A stretch of DNA of 64,000 nt from an uncultured delta proteobacterium (lineage in GTDB: Bacteria; Myxococcota_A; Polyangia; Polyangiales; Polyangiaceae). The stretch lies in the NCBI GenBank assembly GCA_963716725.1, contig CAVQUB010000003.1, positions 192,001 through 256,000 on the forward strand, given 5' to 3'. Numbering within the stretch: the stretch's first letter is position 1; each line of letters starts with the position of its first letter. A program made the translations under genes and the position numbers. The notes beneath the pieces were generated by a model. That model saw nothing but the letters and a program-made list of their open reading frames with translations. It was not told the DNA's origin and searched no databases. Shown here piece after piece: positions 17,888 to 27,722 of this stretch.

Positions 17888-18126
17888 GAGCGCAAACAGG
17901 CTCTCAGGCACCTCGGCGCCGAGGTGATTCTGTGCTCCGCCGAGGGCAGCTTCGCCGAAGCCGCGAGGATCCGGGACACTCTGGCGGCCGAGCACGGCTG
18001 GTTCAACCCGAATCAGTTCTCTATCCCGCTCAAAGTCGAGTGCCACGAGCGCACCACCGGCCCGATCGGCGGTAGCCGGCGCTGACGCGTCGACTTCCCG
18101 GTGCTTTGCTTGGTCGCCGTCGAGAT
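17888..18126 (+). pseudogene. Cysteine synthase (CysK/CysM-like) internal remnant
   Basis: Translates ERKQALRHLGAEVILCSAEGSFAEAARIRDTLAAEHGWFNPNQFSIPLKVECHERTTGP, then a stop, then LVAVE. No start codon and no PLP-Lys region. Not in the supplied ORF track. Confidence 0.75.
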
Positions 18127-18386
18127 CAACGAGCGAGTGTCGAGCCCGGCTCGGGCGTGCGGGTGGCGAAGAGCTCGAGGTGCCCACAGGCGACACAGCG
18201 CTTTGCGTCGATCGCCTTCGCTTCCACGCCGCTCATGCTCACACCCCCACCCGTCCGCAGCCGTTCGAGGAACCCCTGATTCGTCGTCGGTGTCCCGGCC
18301 ACCCAGACCGCCACCCACGTCTGCGCCGTCCCGGTGTCCGGCACGAACCCGTCCTCGAGAGCGCCACCGCATGCTGTGCATTTCAT
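18126..18386 (-). CDS. Small zinc-ribbon protein (PF20097/DUF6487-like)
   Basis: MKCTACGGALEDGF...RCVACGHLELFA; start overlaps the stop of the upstream oxidoreductase gene. Confidence 0.8.
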   Translation of the reverse strand: MKCTACGGALEDGFVPDTGTAQTWVAVWVAGTPTTNQGFLERLRTGGGVSMSGVEAKAIDAKRCVACGHLELFATRTPEPGSTLAR

Positions 18387-19828
18387 ACTCCGGCCACCTT
18401 CCCGCTCCCCTCGCGCACCGCCATCACGCCCTTGCGGAACGCCGCTTCGTTCAACGGGATCATGGCGGCCTTCTTCTTCAGGCTGCGGCGCAGCACGGTC
18501 AAGAACGAGTCCTCTTCGAGCAGCTTGGCCGCTTCTTGCAGCGCGCCCAGGGCAACTACGTTCTTGACCAGCACCGCGCCCAGGCCTTGAGCGATGGCCG
18601 CGCACGGCACGCCGACCACGCGCACGCCTTCCGCCACCTTCGGCTGGTGGGAGATCACGCTCGAGTCGTAGATGATGATGCCCCCGGGGCGGACGGTCTC
18701 GGAGAACTTGTCCAGGCTCGGCGCGTTGAAGGCCACGAACACGTGGGGCGAGGGCGCCCCCGGGCTGAGCACCTCTTCGCGCGCGATGTGCACGTCGGCG
18801 TAGCTGGTCCCGCCGCGAGACTCCGGGCCGTAACTCGGGATGTGCGTGGCGTCGAAGCCCTCGTTGATGGCGGCCTTGGTCAAGAGCAACGCCACGGTCT
18901 GGGCGCCATCTCCGCCCGAGCCCGCGAGCTTGATGGAGACGTCGACGGGATCGAAGTGATCGGGGAACTTCTTGCAAAAGGTCGGCGGCGGCTCGCGCCC
19001 GGCGTCCACCACTTCGAGCAGCTGCCCGACGTCGAAGCTAGGCTTCTCCGGCCTGAACCAAACTTCGCGGCTCTCGTCCTTCACGATGCCGAGCGGGTAG
19101 ACCTTGGTGAGCACGTCCCGCACGTGCGCCTCGGAGTCTTGGCTGCTGAGTCCCCAGTGGGTCGGACATTCGGCCAGGATCTCCACGAACCCGAAGCCCC
19201 GGCCCTCGACCTGCAGCGTGAGCGCCTTCTTGATGGCGTTCTTGGCCCGCTTGCGCTGCTTCTGATCGTAGAGCGCGCAACGCTCGACGTACATGGCGCC
19301 GTCGAGGGTGGCGATCAGCTCGCTCACCTTCATCGGAGCGCCCTGCATCAACCCGCGGCCGTCGGGTGTGGTGCTCGACCACTGCCCCATCAAGGTGGTG
19401 GGCGCCATCTGCCCGCCGGTCATGCCGTAGATGGCGTTGTTGATGAACACCACGCTGATCGGGATCCCGAGCTGCGCTGCGTGGATGATTTCCGCCAAGC
19501 CGATCGACGCGAGATCACCGTCGCCTTGGTACGAGACCACGATCGACTCGGGGTTTGCCAGCTTGTGACCGAGCGCGACCGCGGGTGCACGCCCGTGGGC
19601 GGCCTGAGTGTTGCCCGTGTCGAAGTAATAGAAGAGAAACACCGCGCAGCCCACCGGCGAGACCATCACCGTGCGCTCTTGCACGCCGAGCTCGACCAGG
19701 GCCTCGGCCAGGTACTTGTGAGCCAGACCGTGGCCACAGCCCGGGCAGTAGTGCGTGCTGGCGCCCTTCAGCCCCTTGCCATGGGCGTGCCGGTCGAAGT
19801 GCTCGAAGAATGCCGATCCGCTGGTCAT
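18383..19828 (-). CDS. 2-oxoacid:ferredoxin oxidoreductase, fused beta (TPP) + gamma subunits (Vor-like)
   Basis: YCPGCGH, SPVGC, HGRA, GDGD...NNAIYGMTGGQ (TPP), then gamma domain GSGGDG, PSYGPESRGG, NVVALG. Confidence 0.92.
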   Translation of the reverse strand: MTSGSAFFEHFDRHAHGKGLKGASTHYCPGCGHGLAHKYLAEALVELGVQERTVMVSPVGCAVFLFYYFDTGNTQAAHGRAPAVALGHKLANPESIVVSYQGDGDLASIGLAEIIHAAQLGIPISVVFINNAIYGMTGGQMAPTTLMGQWSSTTPDGRGLMQGAPMKVSELIATLDGAMYVERCALYDQKQRKRAKNAIKKALTLQVEGRGFGFVEILAECPTHWGLSSQDSEAHVRDVLTKVYPLGIVKDESREVWFRPEKPSFDVGQLLEVVDAGREPPPTFCKKFPDHFDPVDVSIKLAGSGGDGAQTVALLLTKAAINEGFDATHIPSYGPESRGGTSYADVHIAREEVLSPGAPSPHVFVAFNAPSLDKFSETVRPGGIIIYDSSVISHQPKVAEGVRVVGVPCAAIAQGLGAVLVKNVVALGALQEAAKLLEEDSFLTVLRRSLKKKAAMIPLNEAAFRKGVMAVREGSGKVAGV

Positions 19829-21201
19829 TGCATCACCTCCGTGAGCGGGCGTGCGGTGTCGTAGACTTCTTGGTCCGTGGGCAAGATGCCTCCCATATGT
19901 CTCAGGTGATGGATCGGAACGCCGTGCACTCCGGCGTGGTGGAAGGCGAGCCGCATCTCGTCCTCCAGCTGACCGTCGCTGGCCTCGACCACCACGATGC
20001 GCTGCACGTGTCCGAGCAGCTTCACCAGATCGTCGATGGGGAAGGGCCAGAGCGAGATGGGCTGGAACAGCCCGACCGGTCGGCCCTCGCGTCGCAAGCG
20101 CTCGACGGCTGCCTTGGCCATGCGCGCGGGCGTGTTGCAGGCGACGACCAGCGTGCGTGCGTCTTCAGTACGGTAGCCCTTCGAGCGCTGTTCGTGCTTC
20201 TGCATCTCTCGATACTTCGCGCTCAGCTTCTCGTTGTGCTTCTCGAGATCGTTCCAGTCTTGGAAGATCGAGCTGTTGAGGTTGCCTCGGTGAGCCGCGT
20301 CTCCCCACACGGCCCAGTCGGGAAGGCCCGGCTCGACCATGCTGTCCGGCAGGTTCACGCGACCGGTGATCTGCCCGAGATAGCCGTCCGCAGCGATCAC
20401 GACGGGATTCCGATACTTGAACGCCAGATCGAAGGCCTCGAAGGTGAGATCGAGCATTTCTTGCGGCGAAGTCGGGGCCAACACGATGGCGTGCGTATTG
20501 CCGTGACCCAGGCCGCGGCACGCGAGCTTGATGTCGCTCTGCTCGGGCCCGATGAAGCCGAGCCCCGGGCCCGGCCGCATCACGTTGATGAACACGCCGG
20601 GAAGCTCGGCGCCGATCATGTAGGAGATTCCCTCGAGCATCAGGCTGAAGCCCGGCGAGCTGGTGAAGGTCATGGTCGGCAGACCGGCGCCGCCGCAGCC
20701 GTACATGTGGTTCACCGTGGCGACCTCGCTGCACGCTTGCAGGAACACGCCGCCGAGCTTGGGCAGGAGCTTGGCCAACAGCTCGGCTCCCTCGGTGGAC
20801 GGCGTGATCGGATAGCCGAAGACATGGCGACAGCCGGCGAGCAGCGCGCCGATCGCCGCTGCGTGGTTGCCCTTGAGCACCATGGGCTCGACCTTCGGCA
20901 ACGCCACGCGCCGCGACGGGATGTTCTCCGGACGCGGGCGCGGCGCTCGCTCGCCGAACAGCTGCGCCGGATGCTCGAGCTCGTAGAGCTCGTGACCGAT
21001 GCCGTAGGGCTCCGGGCACGCTGAGATACAGAGGCCGCAGTGGTTGCAGATGTCGTAGTCGATCTGCACGGGAATGAGCCCCGACGTCTGGTTGATGTCG
21101 CCCCCGGACGCGATGGCGTGCTTCGGGCACGACTCGATGCATCGCCCACAGCCCTTGCAGAGCGCGGGCGTGATGAGGACCTCGGGTCTTTCCTTGGCCA
21201 T
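19825..21201 (-). CDS. 2-oxoacid:ferredoxin oxidoreductase, fused 2x[4Fe-4S] delta + alpha subunit (Vor-like)
   Basis: CKGCGRCIESCP and CNHCGLCISACP; GNHA, GYPITP, SSPGFSLM, MRPGPGLG. Confidence 0.92.
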   Translation of the reverse strand: MAKERPEVLITPALCKGCGRCIESCPKHAIASGGDINQTSGLIPVQIDYDICNHCGLCISACPEPYGIGHELYELEHPAQLFGERAPRPRPENIPSRRVALPKVEPMVLKGNHAAAIGALLAGCRHVFGYPITPSTEGAELLAKLLPKLGGVFLQACSEVATVNHMYGCGGAGLPTMTFTSSPGFSLMLEGISYMIGAELPGVFINVMRPGPGLGFIGPEQSDIKLACRGLGHGNTHAIVLAPTSPQEMLDLTFEAFDLAFKYRNPVVIAADGYLGQITGRVNLPDSMVEPGLPDWAVWGDAAHRGNLNSSIFQDWNDLEKHNEKLSAKYREMQKHEQRSKGYRTEDARTLVVACNTPARMAKAAVERLRREGRPVGLFQPISLWPFPIDDLVKLLGHVQRIVVVEASDGQLEDEMRLAFHHAGVHGVPIHHLRHMGGILPTDQEVYDTARPLTEVMQ

Positions 21202-21393
21202 GTCTGCTCCCTCAAAAGCGTACGCGATGGGCACACGCCCCGCGGTTGATGCGGAGTTCGAGCCTAGCGCTGCTCACCCGGCGTGGCTCCCGCTAAAGTT
21301 GCGGTGGCCGCGCGGAGTCACGCTGCGCCCTTGTGGCACCGCGCCCGACAAGATAGCGTCGATGCGATCTTGGACGACCACGGCCCAGCGAAA

Positions 21394-22812
21394 ATGCCCG
21401 TACAGCTGGGGGACGTGCTGGTGGGAAAATACCGCGTCGAGAGCATCCTCGGGGCGGGAGGGATGGGCGTCGTCGTCGCCGCCACCCACCTGCAGCTGGG
21501 TCAGCGCGTTGCGCTCAAGTTCCTGATCCCGGAGCGGCTGGGCAACGAGGAGGCCGTTCAACGATTCCTACGCGAAGCGAGGGCATCGGCGCAGATCCAG
21601 AGCGAGCACGTGGCGCGCGTCGTCGATGTCGGGACGCTCGAGACCGGATCACCGTACATGGTGATGGAGTATCTGGTCGGCAGCGATCTGTCCCAACTCT
21701 TGGCGCAGAACGGCTGCTTCCCGATCGCGGACGCCGTCGACTACCTGCTCCAGGCGTGCGTCGGGGTTGCCGAAGCCCACGCGCTGGGGATCGTGCATCG
21801 CGATCTGAAACCCGCGAACCTCTTCGTCGCTCGTCGCTCCGACGGCGCGGGCATCGTGAAGGTCCTCGACTTCGGCATTTCAAAGGCAGCAGCCACGGAC
21901 GACCAGCAGGCCGCGCTGACCAAGACATCTGCCTTGATGGGGTCACCGCTGTACATGGCGCCGGAGCAGATGAAGGCGTCCCGTTCCGTGGATTCGCGCG
22001 CCGACATTTGGGCGCTCGGGGTGGTCCTTTACGAGCTCGTCGCTGGGCGCCCCCCGTTTACCGGCGACACGCTACCGGAGGTCTGCGCCGCCATCCTTGC
22101 GGCAACTGCCCAGCCGCTGTCGACGCTCCGACCAGACGTGTCCGCGGAGTTCGAGAGCGTGGTGTCACGCTGCCTCGAGAAGGAGCCGGAAGAACGCTTC
22201 GCAGACGTCGTCGAACTGGCGTCGGCGCTGCTGCCGTTCGCGGGCAAGCGCTCGCACGTCTTCGCCGAGCGAGCTTCCCGGGTGTTCGCCGCGCATGGCA
22301 TGACGACCACGGCGACCGGCATGGGACCGGCCCCGTCGACTGTTCCGCGGCCGGCGCCTCAGCCGGCCAGCTCCGGGACCGTGGTTTCTTGGAGCGAAAC
22401 GCAGCCGCAACCGCGGTCGTCCCGGGGACTTCTGGTCGCTACCGTCGTTGGTGCGGTCGCGGTCGCGGGTGTGGGTGTCGGCTGGGCGGCGCTTCGCCCC
22501 GCCGCATCGGCCGCAGCGTCAGGCAGCGCTGCGCCGACCGACACCGTGCCTGCGCTGCGGAGCGCATCCCCAACCCGAACCTCCGCCCCCACAAGTTCGT
22601 CGGAAGTACCGCCAGCGCCTGCCCTCAGTGCGTCCGCTAGCGCCGCAGTGCCCAAGGAGCGGCCCGTGCCGAAGAAGGAAGCCACCCGCAAGGCCGAACC
22701 ACAGCACGCTGAAGCTGCCAAACCGAAGCCTGGGGTCTCCGCGGCACCGACGCCCGCGCCAACACCTGCCCCAACCGTCAAGAAGAGCCCGCTGAGTGTG
22801 GATATCAAGTGA
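21394..22812 (+). CDS. Membrane Ser/Thr protein kinase
   Basis: GAGGMG, VALK, HRDLKPAN, DFG, YMAPE, DIWALG; TM helix and Pro/Ala-rich tail. Confidence 0.95.
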   Translation: MPVQLGDVLVGKYRVESILGAGGMGVVVAATHLQLGQRVALKFLIPERLGNEEAVQRFLREARASAQIQSEHVARVVDVGTLETGSPYMVMEYLVGSDLSQLLAQNGCFPIADAVDYLLQACVGVAEAHALGIVHRDLKPANLFVARRSDGAGIVKVLDFGISKAAATDDQQAALTKTSALMGSPLYMAPEQMKASRSVDSRADIWALGVVLYELVAGRPPFTGDTLPEVCAAILAATAQPLSTLRPDVSAEFESVVSRCLEKEPEERFADVVELASALLPFAGKRSHVFAERASRVFAAHGMTTTATGMGPAPSTVPRPAPQPASSGTVVSWSETQPQPRSSRGLLVATVVGAVAVAGVGVGWAALRPAASAAASGSAAPTDTVPALRSASPTRTSAPTSSSEVPPAPALSASASAAVPKERPVPKKEATRKAEPQHAEAAKPKPGVSAAPTPAPTPAPTVKKSPLSVDIK

Positions 22813-22831
22813 AGCCCCGAGGTCGCCCCTG

Positions 22832-23860
22832 ATGAAATGTCTTTCCCGTCCGCTATCGCAGTTGGTCACGACTTGTGTCGTTCTGCACGCGTCGATTGCC
22901 GCAGCGCAGCCAGACCCGCCTCCACCCCCGCCCACGGAAGAGCCGGCCCCCGCGCAGGCTCCGTCGCTGTCCGAGTCACTGACCGGTCCGGCGAAGGCGA
23001 GTTACGAGGAGGGTCGCATCCTCTACGGCGAGGGCGACTTCGCAGGGGCATTGGTCAAATTCAGCGCGGCGCACGAGCAATCGAAGGATCCCAGGCTGCT
23101 GTGGAACATGGCGGTCTGCGAGAAGAACTTGCGCCGCTACGCCAAGGCGCAGCAACTCGTCGAACGCTACATCCGCGAAGGCGGCAGCGTGCTCACGGAC
23201 CAAGACCGCATCGACGCCGTCGCGTTGGTACAAGCGCTAAAACCCTACGTGACGGCGGTCACGGTCGAGGTCGATCAACGCGGGGCCGAAGTCTCCGTCG
23301 ATGACGAGGCCGTCGGCACCTCGCCCCTCGCCGAACCGCTGCGCCTGAACGTGGGTGCACGACGGTTCAAGGTGTCGAAGCCCGGGTTCAAGGACCACAT
23401 CGAGTCGCGCACCATCGCTGGTGGGACCGACGCCCGCATTTCCGTCAAACTCCTGCCGCTCGTCAGAGAAGGATCCGTTCGCGTGAGTGCGGACTCAGAT
23501 GCGCGGATCAGAATCGACGGCAAGCTCGTCGGCCGCGGCCGATACGTGGGCAAGCTGCCCAGCGGAACCCACTTTCTCCGAGTTGAAGCGCCGGGCAAGC
23601 AGCCCTACGACAGCGACTTCGTGGTCGAGGACGACCGGACCGCTAGCCTGCGAGTAACGCTGGAGTCCGACCGCCCCTTGCGAGCCGCGGAGGGTGGCGG
23701 CGTTCCGACCTGGGCCTGGCTGGTGGGCAGCGCCGTGCTCGCCGCAGGGCTCGGCGCCGGCGGATACTTCTTGTTGAAGCCGGAGCCCGAGACGGCTCCT
23801 CAGCCCGCGTCCGGCAGCATGGACCCCGGGCGTGTCCACGTTCAGTTCTGGAGGCGATGA
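22832..23860 (+). CDS. TPR + PEGA domain protein
   Basis: Signal peptide, TPR-like helices (LLWNMAVC), two PEGA-like repeats (GAEVSVDD..VGTSPL; ARIRIDG), C-terminal TM. Confidence 0.88.
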   Translation: MKCLSRPLSQLVTTCVVLHASIAAAQPDPPPPPPTEEPAPAQAPSLSESLTGPAKASYEEGRILYGEGDFAGALVKFSAAHEQSKDPRLLWNMAVCEKNLRRYAKAQQLVERYIREGGSVLTDQDRIDAVALVQALKPYVTAVTVEVDQRGAEVSVDDEAVGTSPLAEPLRLNVGARRFKVSKPGFKDHIESRTIAGGTDARISVKLLPLVREGSVRVSADSDARIRIDGKLVGRGRYVGKLPSGTHFLRVEAPGKQPYDSDFVVEDDRTASLRVTLESDRPLRAAEGGGVPTWAWLVGSAVLAAGLGAGGYFLLKPEPETAPQPASGSMDPGRVHVQFWRR

Positions 23861-23863
23861 ATC

Positions 23864-25351
23864 ATGACACACCAGTTCTCCCGTTGCTCCCGCGTCGCAG
23901 TCTGGAGTGCGTTGATCGCGAGCGGATTGATGGTCGGCGCCTGTGAGGCCGAAAAAGAAGAGCCGTCTGGATCGCTCATGCTGACCTTCCAGACGGACAT
24001 GGCGATCCCCAAGGATATCGACGCCGTCTGGATCGAGGTGACGAAGAACGGCGTCATGGTCTTTAGAAATCGCTACGACGTCGGTCCCAGCGGCGTGAAG
24101 ATCCCGTCGACCCTCGCCGTCGTCGCCGATCCCGGCAAGTCGCCACGGGTAACGATCCGCGTCGTGAGCGAGCGCTTGGCGGCGGTGCGAACGCTGCGCG
24201 AAGTCATCACGACGATTCCACCGAGTCGAACCGCGATGCTACGCATCCCGCTGCAGTGGCTCTGCGACGGATCGGGTCAACAGGTTCCGAACACCAATCC
24301 GCCTCAGTTCATGAACAACTGCGCGGGTAAAGAGACCTGCATCGCAGGCACCTGCGCGTCGTCTGAAGTCGACTCGGCGGCGTTGCCGGAATTCCGCATC
24401 GGAGACGTCTACGGCGGCGGCAACGGCGACGGCTCTGGCACTTGCTTCGACACGGTCAAGTGCTTCGAGGGCGGCTACGAGGTGCCGGTCGATCTCGGCA
24501 CGTGCTCCATCGACGAAGCCTCGGTCGGCGATGGCACGAGCGGAGGAGCAGACCTGAACGTCGCGATGGTGCTGCCGCCCAGCGGCGATGGCATCTGTGA
24601 TGCGGGCAAATGCTGGGTTCCCCTCGACGCCGACGGAGAAACCGGTTGGCGGAAGGAGAACGGTCGGATCGCTCTGCCCCGGGCGGTCTGCGAACGACTC
24701 GACGCCGGCGCGGTGCAAGCGGTCGCTGTGACGACCGCGTGTTCGACCAAGACGTCCAGGATCCCAACCTGCGGACCTTGGTCGAGCGTGAGCGGCAACG
24801 GAGGCGCGGGGGGCGCAGGCCCGGGCGACGCGGGCACCGACGGCACCGACGTGCCAGGCTGCGGGGCCGATAGCTGCAGCGCAAAGCTCTTCTGTTGCGA
24901 GGGGGGCTGCAAGGACCTGCAGTCGGATCCAACCCACTGCGGCGCTTGCGGCAATCCGTGCGGTTTCGAGCAGAATTGCGTCGCTGGCAAGTGTACCGGC
25001 GGCGGCATCAAGTGCTTGCCGCCGGGGCAAGACTGCAGCGGCGACGGCCAGACCTGCGGCGTGTGCGCGGATCCTTGCGTGGGCTGCGACATCGTCACCT
25101 GCGTCAGCGGCAAGTGGACGACCACCGCAGTGCCGCCCGATGCAGGCGCGTGCGGCAGCGGCGGCGGCGGCGGCAGCGGCGGCGGCAGCGGCGGCGGCTC
25201 GGGTAACGCCGGCGGCACTGGGGACGCGGGCCTGAGCTGCGAGCCCGGCGCCTGTCCGCCAGGGCCGAGCGGGTCGGTGACTTGCTGCGTCTCGATTTTC
25301 GGCCCGTGCGGCTTCAACTTCCAGAAGGGCGGCGGCTGCCAGGTGCCCTAA
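23864..25351 (+). CDS. Cys-rich myxobacterial lipoprotein
   Basis: Lipobox VGAC; DPTHCGACGNPC motif; Gly linkers. Confidence 0.85.
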   Translation: MTHQFSRCSRVAVWSALIASGLMVGACEAEKEEPSGSLMLTFQTDMAIPKDIDAVWIEVTKNGVMVFRNRYDVGPSGVKIPSTLAVVADPGKSPRVTIRVVSERLAAVRTLREVITTIPPSRTAMLRIPLQWLCDGSGQQVPNTNPPQFMNNCAGKETCIAGTCASSEVDSAALPEFRIGDVYGGGNGDGSGTCFDTVKCFEGGYEVPVDLGTCSIDEASVGDGTSGGADLNVAMVLPPSGDGICDAGKCWVPLDADGETGWRKENGRIALPRAVCERLDAGAVQAVAVTTACSTKTSRIPTCGPWSSVSGNGGAGGAGPGDAGTDGTDVPGCGADSCSAKLFCCEGGCKDLQSDPTHCGACGNPCGFEQNCVAGKCTGGGIKCLPPGQDCSGDGQTCGVCADPCVGCDIVTCVSGKWTTTAVPPDAGACGSGGGGGSGGGSGGGSGNAGGTGDAGLSCEPGACPPGPSGSVTCCVSIFGPCGFNFQKGGGCQVP

Positions 25352-27108
25352 AACTGGAAGTACACGAATGGAACCGCGTCTGCGGAAGCCATGGCCCTGA
25401 GCGCGAGCCCCACCACGAAGAGCGCCATCGCCTGGGCCGGCGCGGGCATCTCGCTGAAGATTTTCTGGGAGCCTTGGTACCAGCGCTCCGGTGTGAAGTG
25501 CGAGACGAGCCCCAGCAGCAGCACCCCGACGATCGGCGCCGGCAGGTTCGGGTGATAGGTGGTGAGCGTGGCGAGTTGCGTGAAGACAGTCGCGGCCTTG
25601 GCGAAGGTCTCGGCCCGGAAGAAGATCCACGCGGCGCACACCAAGTGGAAGGTGCCGAACACCGCGAGCCCGTGGGCCCAGAAGGCGCGCTGCTTGGGCA
25701 CGTCTAGCCGTTCGCGCCACTCGGTGTAGGCCCGCGTGAGCGCGAGCGCGACTCCGTGGATGCCGCCCCACACCACGAAGGTCCAGTTGGCGCCGTGCCA
25801 AAGCCCGCCGAGCAACATCGTGAGCATCAAGTTCACGTAGGTGCGGACCTCGCCTTTGCGGTTGCCGCCCAGGGGCAGGTACAGGTAGTCGCGCAACCAG
25901 GTCGAGAGCGAGATGTGCCAGCGCCGCCAGAAGTCCTGAATGTTGGGGGCCTTGTAGGGCGAGTTGAAGTTGAGCGGAAAGCGCACGCCGAGCAGCAGCG
26001 CCGAGCCGATGGCGATGTCGGTGTAGCCCGAGAAATCGCAGTAGATTTGCACCGCGTAGCCGAGCACCGCGGAGTAGCACTCCAGGGCTGAGTACTGCGT
26101 CGGCGCGTCGAACACACGATCGACGAGGTTGAGCGCCAAGTAGTCGCCGATGGCCATCTTCTTGACCAGGCCGGTGGCGATCAAGAAGAGCCCCTCGCTG
26201 CCCTCGGCGCTGTTCCAGCGGGCCGGACCCGCGAGCTGCGGCAAGAGATCCCGGGGCCGCACGATGGGACCCGCGACCAGGTGCGGAAAGAACGCCACGA
26301 AGGATAGGTACTCGACGTAGCTCTCGTGCGGCTCGATCTGCCGCCGGTAGACGTCGATCACGTAACTCATGGACTCGAAGGTGAAGAAGCTGACGCCGAT
26401 AGGCAGCGCGATGCGAAGCGTGACCTCGGGCACCTGCACGCCGACGCTCGACAGCACCGCGCTGGCCGAGTCGATGCCGAAGTTGAAGTACTTGAAGATG
26501 CCGAGCACCCCCAGGTTCAAGATCACGGTGCCGACCAGCCAGGCCTTGCGGCGCTGCTCGGACTTGGCCCGCGCAATGGCGTGTCCCAAGAGCCAATCGA
26601 CGGTGGAGGATCCCCAAATCAACGGCAGGAAGCGCCAGTCCCAGTGCGCGTAGAACACGTAGCTCGCGCCCAGGATGAACAGCAGGCGCACCTTCTTGGC
26701 GCGCACCAGCGCGTAGAGCGCCAGGCCGGCGAGCACCACGCCAAGCGTCGACAGCGGCGCGGTCTGCGGAACCGGGAGCCCGATGCTGGCGAGGCCGAGC
26801 GTCAGCGGATCGCGACCGAAGTCGCGAAAGGTGAGCCAGGCGAGCGCCGCGAAGTTGATCACGACGGACGCGGCGGCGATACGCGAGCGAGGCAGCGTGT
26901 CGTTGGACTCGCGACGGCAGAGCGCGACGGTGAGCACGAGCGCGATGGCGCCGACGCCGATGCCGTGCAGCGCCGGAGGCCGGAAGAGCGCATAGCCCGC
27001 GACGCCGAACCAAGGCAATAGTGGCGCCCAGCGACGACTGACCAACACCCAGGCCACCGCGAATACGAGGGCAAAGAACTTCGCGTAGGCGAGGGTGTTG
27101 AAGAGCAC
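25348..27108 (-). CDS. MBOAT family O-acyltransferase (AlgI/DltB-like)
   Basis: LPIGVSFFTF, FFPHLVAGPI, DFSGYTD, NFNSPY, FWRRWHISLS.WLRDYLY, GLWHGA; GTG start at 27108. Confidence 0.93.
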   Translation of the reverse strand: MLFNTLAYAKFFALVFAVAWVLVSRRWAPLLPWFGVAGYALFRPPALHGIGVGAIALVLTVALCRRESNDTLPRSRIAAASVVINFAALAWLTFRDFGRDPLTLGLASIGLPVPQTAPLSTLGVVLAGLALYALVRAKKVRLLFILGASYVFYAHWDWRFLPLIWGSSTVDWLLGHAIARAKSEQRRKAWLVGTVILNLGVLGIFKYFNFGIDSASAVLSSVGVQVPEVTLRIALPIGVSFFTFESMSYVIDVYRRQIEPHESYVEYLSFVAFFPHLVAGPIVRPRDLLPQLAGPARWNSAEGSEGLFLIATGLVKKMAIGDYLALNLVDRVFDAPTQYSALECYSAVLGYAVQIYCDFSGYTDIAIGSALLLGVRFPLNFNSPYKAPNIQDFWRRWHISLSTWLRDYLYLPLGGNRKGEVRTYVNLMLTMLLGGLWHGANWTFVVWGGIHGVALALTRAYTEWRERLDVPKQRAFWAHGLAVFGTFHLVCAAWIFFRAETFAKAATVFTQLATLTTYHPNLPAPIVGVLLLGLVSHFTPERWYQGSQKIFSEMPAPAQAMALFVVGLALRAMASADAVPFVYFQF

Positions 27109-27205
27109 GAGGGGCCCCCCTACCACGGCCCGACCGAGGACTGGTGCTCGGGCCGCGCGCGTCGGGGTTGACGACCGACCGCGCGAGGAGAACCTTATCG
27201 CCACC

Positions 27206-27718
27206 TTGCTCAAGCGTGTTCTGTTCGGTCTGCTCAAGGGCGCCCTGGTCGGCGGCCTGCTCGGCGCGGCGGTGGTCTTCGGCCTCGGCATGCCGGTGTT
27301 CGCGGCGTGGCTGGCCTATGTCGCCGGCGCGCTCACCGGCAGCCTGACCGGCCTCATCGCCGGCAAGGGCATCTGGGAGAAGGATGCGCGCATCGAGGCC
27401 GGGCTCAAGGCCACGGTGGGCGCGCTGATCGGCGTGGGAGCGATGTTCGCGATCCGCAGGTGGCTGAACGTGAGCGTGGACCTCGGTGAGCTGGGTCGCG
27501 GCGTCGTCGGCGATCTGCCGATCGCGAGCCTGCCGATGATCGCCACTGCGCTCGCGCTGTTCTACGAACTGGACAACACCGGGACCTCGGACCCGGAAGC
27601 TCCCGCGCCGAAGACTCGCGTCGACACCAGCGCGGCCCCGGACGACAGCGCAGCGCTGGAGTCCGCGCTCGACGACGAAGCCGAGGTCGAGGCCTCGCGC
27701 AAGGCTACCCGGCACTGA
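27206..27718 (+). CDS. Hypothetical membrane protein
   Basis: TTG start MLKRVLFG; four TM segments and an acidic tail. Confidence 0.75.
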   Translation: MLKRVLFGLLKGALVGGLLGAAVVFGLGMPVFAAWLAYVAGALTGSLTGLIAGKGIWEKDARIEAGLKATVGALIGVGAMFAIRRWLNVSVDLGELGRGVVGDLPIASLPMIATALALFYELDNTGTSDPEAPAPKTRVDTSAAPDDSAALESALDDEAEVEASRKATRH

Positions 27719-27722
27719 GTCC

